Positions 37,423 through 39,374 of a stretch of 39,374 bases of DNA are shown here, piece by piece. The stretch spans positions 1 to 39,374 of the forward strand of contig JAQIDF010000218.1 of assembly GCA_027858145.1 (NCBI GenBank). The letters run 5' to 3'. Positions within the stretch are counted from its first letter, which is position 1. Each line of letters opens with the position of its first letter. The notes below the pieces were generated by a model. That model made no database searches. It had not been told where the DNA came from and saw nothing but the letters and a program-made list of their open reading frames with translations. Source of the stretch: Prolixibacteraceae bacterium (GTDB lineage Bacteria > Bacteroidota > Bacteroidia > Bacteroidales > Prolixibacteraceae). The position numbers and the translations under genes are program-made.

Positions 37423-39374
37423 ATGAAAAAATATTTGTTGATTGCAATCCTTCTTGCTGCTATTTATACAGTTAATGCTCAGCGTCCGCGTGTAGAATTG
37501 CAAGGCATTTGGCATACCCAGCTGGGTGACTGTCAATTACCCGGCACCACCGATGAAAACAAATTAGGCGATGGAAAACATCCGACGGATGTGACCTATC
37601 AGTTAACACGTCTGTTTCCCTATTCCGGGAAAGTGATTTACACGAAAGAGGTAACTATTCCTCGCACCATGAGCGACAAAAGGCTTGCACTGGACATGGA
37701 GCGAACCAAACCAAGCACATTGTGGATTGATGGAGATAGTATAGGAAGCATCGGGCATATATATTCACCTCATATCTATGAATTGCCTCGTTTGTCGGCT
37801 GGTGGACATACGATAAGCATTAGGGTCGATAATTCGCGCACGTCCGTACCGCGCGAAATACAGTCGTCTCACGCATGGACCGACGGCACGCAGACCAATT
37901 GGAACGGCATTTTGGGCGATTTTTATATCGAAGCTCGCGAAAGTGCTTTTATTCAATCGGTACAAGTGTATCCCAACGTGGACAAAAAAACGGTGCGAGT
38001 GGTTGCAGTAATTGATGCAGCACAACCCTGTAAAGGCAAATTTGATCTGACAGCTACAGCATGGAATACCGACAAACGGCATACCGTAACAGCCAATCCT
38101 TTGGAGGTAAATCTTGCAAAAGGCCTCAACACGGTGGAAGCAACGGTGAACATGGGCGACGATGTGTTGCTGTGGAGTGAGTTTCACCCTGCTCTCTATA
38201 AAACCGAATGCCGGCTCACAACAGGAAAAGCGACAGATAAGTATCTGCTAAACTTCGGAATGCGTCACTTTGCTACAGAAGGGACTCAGTTTGTGATTAA
38301 TGGTAACAAAACCTTTCTGCGCGGCAAACACGATTCCAATGTATTTCCGCTTACAGGTTATGCCCCAATGGATGTAGCTTCGTGGCGACGCGTGTTTCAA
38401 ATTGCAAAGAATTATGGTATAAATTATTATCGCTGTCACTCATATACACCACCTCGTGCAGCCTTCGAAGCTGCAGATATTGAAGGCATATACTTTCAGG
38501 CGGAACTGCCATTGTGGGGAAGTATTTCACGTACCAATACCAAACTGAATACATTTTTGCTCGAAGAAGCCAGTCAACTGTTGGACTATATAGGAAACCA
38601 TCCGTCGTTTATGATGTTTGCCCTGGGTAACGAGCTAAATGGCGACATAGAGGTAATGCGCGAATGGGTGAACAGGTTTAAGAAACAAGACGATCGTCAC
38701 CTTTATTCGTTCGGTTCGAACAATAACCTGGGATGGCCTGGGCCACAAGATGGCGAAGACTACTTTACCACCTGTCGAGTAGGAGGTGGATCCGGTTATT
38801 CAACCCATGTGCGTACATCGTTCGCTTTTGTTGATGCCGAAAAAGGTGGCATCCTCAATAATACCTATCCGAGCACTATTCAGGATTTAGCGGCTGCAAT
38901 TAAACTATCGCCACGCCCGGTAATCAGCCACGAAACAGGTCAGTTTCAAATTTATCCCGACTATTCTGAGATTCCCAAATACACAGGGGTGCTCTATCCG
39001 TACAACCTGCATATTTTTCGTGACCGGCTGAAAGAAAATGGACTTACTGATCAAATAGACCGTTTCCACATGTCGTCGGGGCAGTTTGCCGTAGAGTGCT
39101 ACAAGGCCGACATTGAATATTACTTGCGTACCCCCGGTATTGGTGGCTTTCAGATGCTTGATTTACAGGATTTCTCCGGACAGGGAACAGCTTTAGTCGG
39201 CATTCTGGATGCTTTTATGGATAGCAAAGGGATATGCGAACCTGAATACTTTTATGGTTTTTGTGCTCCTGTTGTGCCGCTGGCAAAAATGAAAAGCCGC
39301 TGTTGGGCCTCGAACGAAATTATGCATATTGACGTAGCATTGGCCAACTACGAAGAAAACGACTGGAACAAAGC
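37423..39374 (+). CDS. GH2 glycoside hydrolase (different subgroup from the other three), 3'-truncated by the window edge
   Basis: Missing from the ORF track because it has no stop. ATG 37423 MKKYLLIAILLAAIYTVNA (signal), LPGTTDEN, SHAWTDGTQTNWNGILG, FLRGKHD, YRCHSYTPP, NHPSFMMFALGNE, PVISHETGQ; in frame to the window end in all segments translated. Confidence 0.9.
   Translation, partial: MKKYLLIAILLAAIYTVNAQRPRVELQGIWHTQLGDCQLPGTTDENKLGDGKHPTDVTYQLTRLFPYSGKVIYTKEVTIPRTMSDKRLALDMERTKPSTLWIDGDSIGSIGHIYSPHIYELPRLSAGGHTISIRVDNSRTSVPREIQSSHAWTDGTQTNWNGILGDFYIEARESAFIQSVQVYPNVDKKTVRVVAVIDAAQPCKGKFDLTATAWNTDKRHTVTANPLEVNLAKGLNTVEATVNMGDDVLLWSEFHPALYKTECRLTTGKATDKYLLNFGMRHFATEGTQFVINGNKTFLRGKHDSNVFPLTGYAPMDVASWRRVFQIAKNYGINYYRCHSYTPPRAAFEAADIEGIYFQAELPLWGSISRTNTKLNTFLLEEASQLLDYIGNHPSFMMFALGNELNGDIEVMREWVNRFKKQDDRHLYSFGSNNNLGWPGPQDGEDYFTTCRVGGGSGYSTHVRTSFAFVDAEKGGILNNTYPSTIQDLAAAIKLSPRPVISHETGQFQIYPDYSEIPKYTGVLYPYNLHIFRDRLKENGLTDQIDRFHMSSGQFAVECYKADIEYYLRTPGIGGFQMLDLQDFSGQGTALVGILDAFMDSKGICEPEYFYGFCAPVVPLAKMKSRCWASNEIMHIDVALANYEENDWNK

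Noticed and set aside
566-38554. Dozens of 60-140 aa ORFs overlapping the long genes on the opposite strand or in other frames
   Set aside because: All lie within well-supported CDSs and show no recognisable motifs; they are expected shadow ORFs.

Overview
Bacteroidota-type (inferred from the T9SS C-terminal domain, hybrid two-component system and signal-peptide style) carbohydrate-degradation region, packed with secreted glycoside hydrolases and esterases. Left, + strand: the 3' end of a gene cut by the window edge, two divergent GH78 paralogues, an Ig-domain/alpha-beta hydrolase, a GH2, an SGNH hydrolase, a COG4099-like hydrolase and an orphan beta-propeller sensor kinase. Middle, - strand: GH27, a lipoprotein GH2, a 1142-aa T9SS-secreted protein with two esterase domains, a family VIII-type serine hydrolase, three more esterases and a truncated hydrolase. 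Right: a complete HTCS divergent from a GH26-GH2 fusion and a further GH2 running off the window. Reading the intergenic DNA shows rearrangement scars the ORF track misses: a 131-bp direct repeat (11 mismatches) bracketing a ~10.3-kb four-gene block, an IS3-family right-end remnant abutting the decayed 3' end of an esterase gene, and a deletion-type junction at ~16250. No SusC/SusD pair, rRNA, tRNA or CRISPR array was seen. All functional calls rest on motif recognition by eye, not on database searches.
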